A DNA stretch of 63,295 nt, filler included, from Diploschistes diacapsis (taxonomy: Eukaryota): assembly GCA_023645945.1 (NCBI GenBank). It is 22 parts of 22 records of this genome, joined end to end, with 100 filler letters (N's around TTAATTAATTAA, not from the genome) between each part and the next. Parts side by side here need not be neighbours in the genome. Positions count along the whole stretch, not along the records: positions 60,917 to 62,056 come from JALAIB010003830.1; positions 62,157 to 63,295 come from JALAIB010003831.1; 20 more parts are not named here. The stretch is one strand, 5' to 3'. Below the pieces are notes generated by a model. It was given only the letters and a program-made list of their open reading frames with translations, made no database searches and was not told the origin of the DNA. The translations under genes and the position numbers were made by a program. This document shows positions 61,606-63,295 of the stretch, piece by piece (the first letter of the stretch is position 1; the number at the start of each line of letters is the position of its first letter).

Positions 61606-63295
61606 AGTTTATAAACCCGAGTTAATTTATTATCCCGTCGCGTATATATATTAAAAATATTTTCGGACAAATATTACCGTTACGACTACGAGATCCAATT
61701 ACGTTACCTATTATAAATTAAATTGAAGAGATCTTAAAATCCCTAGATTTAAATCATAGCACCCTAAAGTAATCAGATCCAAAATAGAAGTTAAATTACT
61801 TATCAATAAAACGCGGGCACCGACTACACTACTCTTGTAACACCCAAAGGTGCGCCCTGGGGTTCAGGTCCCCCTGCTGCCACAGCCACGCACCTACATA
61901 TAGTGTAATAGGGAAACAGTGCTTCGGGGTTCTTAAAAGCATTATATTAATCTTTTAGTTTAGTAGGATAGCGTTACCCTGGTAAGCATTATTCTCGTTA
62001 TTATAGTTATATTTTCATTCTTTAAATCGTTGGTTCGAACACGAACGGGGATAATANNNNNNNNNNNNNNNNNNNNNNNNNNNNNNNNNNNNNNNNNNNN
62101 TTAATTAATTAANNNNNNNNNNNNNNNNNNNNNNNNNNNNNNNNNNNNNNNNNNNNGGGGTGGGAGGGTCTCCTGAGCGCGCTCGTTAGGGACACGGAGG
62201 GCACAGGGAGCGCGTACTTATGGAGGTGTTCGGCCGGAACAGCTGCGTGACGGCTATGTCCGATGGGAGCGAAGACTATGGAGGTTCGGAGCCAGGCGAG
62301 GAGCCGTGCACTCTGGGAGGGAAGGTCAACGGATCTTGGGAAGCATGCGGTATGTGCTTCCATCTTGAGAAAGGACACGGGGAAGCCAAAACTCTCGAGG
62401 GTTGGTTGGGTCCAGTCAGGACATAGCAGACATCAGATGTAATCTGCCATTTGTGATCCTCAGGCTCGTCATAGAACCGCACGAAGGAGGAAAGAATATG
62501 CTCGAACGCAGAAGGGTGATGGTAAAGAATTGGATTGCTTTCTCCGCATCTCGCCCCTCAAACCGTCATCTCCCTTCAATAGCAAGAAAACCACAAACAT
62601 ACCAAGCGCCAATAATCCCTCGCCACACTCCCCTTATTGTCCAACTTCGCCGCCCCATATTTATCCAGCAGCCCCCTCAACCACGCAAAACTATCTTCTC
62701 CCAACCCATCCTCCTCTTCCTCTCCCTCATCCTCATCTCCCTCTCAGCTCACTGCAGCTCAGCTCGCCTGCCATGTACTCACTGCCCCTCACCTTCTCAG
62801 ACAGCTGCCAGCACCCTCTCGCAAGCAGATCACACAGGTTCCAGTGCTCACAACCATGATGACAGCTTTGCATCGCCTGGCATCCCACAGCCATCAGGCA
62901 ACGGATGCCGCCACTCTAGTCAGTGACAGTCAATCTGGAGTGAAGAGTGCCAATGCAAACCAGAGTGCATCAAACGGGGTGAGTCTGACAGGAAATGGGA
63001 GTGAACCCATTATGGTTCAGCTGGAGAATAGGGAGGCTGCCTTGGTCGCTATGGGCAATTTGGCGGGAATGCTGGCTGGAGAGCTTGTGTCAAAGCCTAC
63101 TCAGGTGTGCCTCGATTGACAAACTGGACTTATGATTGTTCTCAGCAAATCAGCCATGTGATAACAGTAAGAGTCATTACAACAACACTGTTGTCTGAGA
63201 CAATCAATTGGATAAGGGTTTTCAACAGCAGTAATGGCAGTAAAGATACTAGGGCAGCAATGACGCAACACAGTAACAGCACGACCTATTTCTCC

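Noticed and set aside
19197..62156. Regularly spaced TTAATTAATTAA repeats (~1245-bp period) resembling an array
   Set aside because: They are assembly linkers flanked by N runs; the period reflects size-sorted contigs of 1145 down to 1140 bp.

Overview
Filamentous ascomycete (Pezizomycotina) genomic DNA with short spliceosomal introns. The window is an artificial concatenation of 22 contigs joined by 21 identical 100-bp linkers (44 N + TTAATTAATTAA + 44 N), so adjacency across linkers has no biological meaning. Contig 1 (1-19196) is gene-dense: frameshifted HET-domain gene, hypothetical protein, Trk K+ transporter, RNase III, UBL-WLM (Wss1-like) protease, Med10, NDUFS5-type complex I subunit, and a dialkylglycine decarboxylase-like aminotransferase next to a decayed fungal transcription factor. 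Contig 2 (19297-38436) holds Vps9, an amino-acid permease, a 1.36-kb inverted-repeat-bounded GC-rich island, ILV1, LYRM2-like, ABHD12-like hydrolase, Rab5/Ypt52, Swc3-like and NPT1. The other twenty ~1.14-kb contigs are mostly AT-rich RIP-degraded repeats (pogo/Fot1-type TIRs, a hAT-like MITE family with internal tandem arrays, copia RNase H/PPT/PBS remnants, solo LTRs, a TRIM-like unit), plus a partial ERD2-like gene. Most notable candidates: (i) Med10 with an in-frame 140-aa basic N-terminal extension carrying AT-hook-like and KxxxLK motifs, (ii) an IR-bounded element whose spliced 252-aa ORF looks like a transposase lacking its catalytic core, (iii) the DGD gene paired with a dead regulator, (iv) a TRIM-like mini-retroelement. 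Family assignments come from motif recognition only; no database searches were run.
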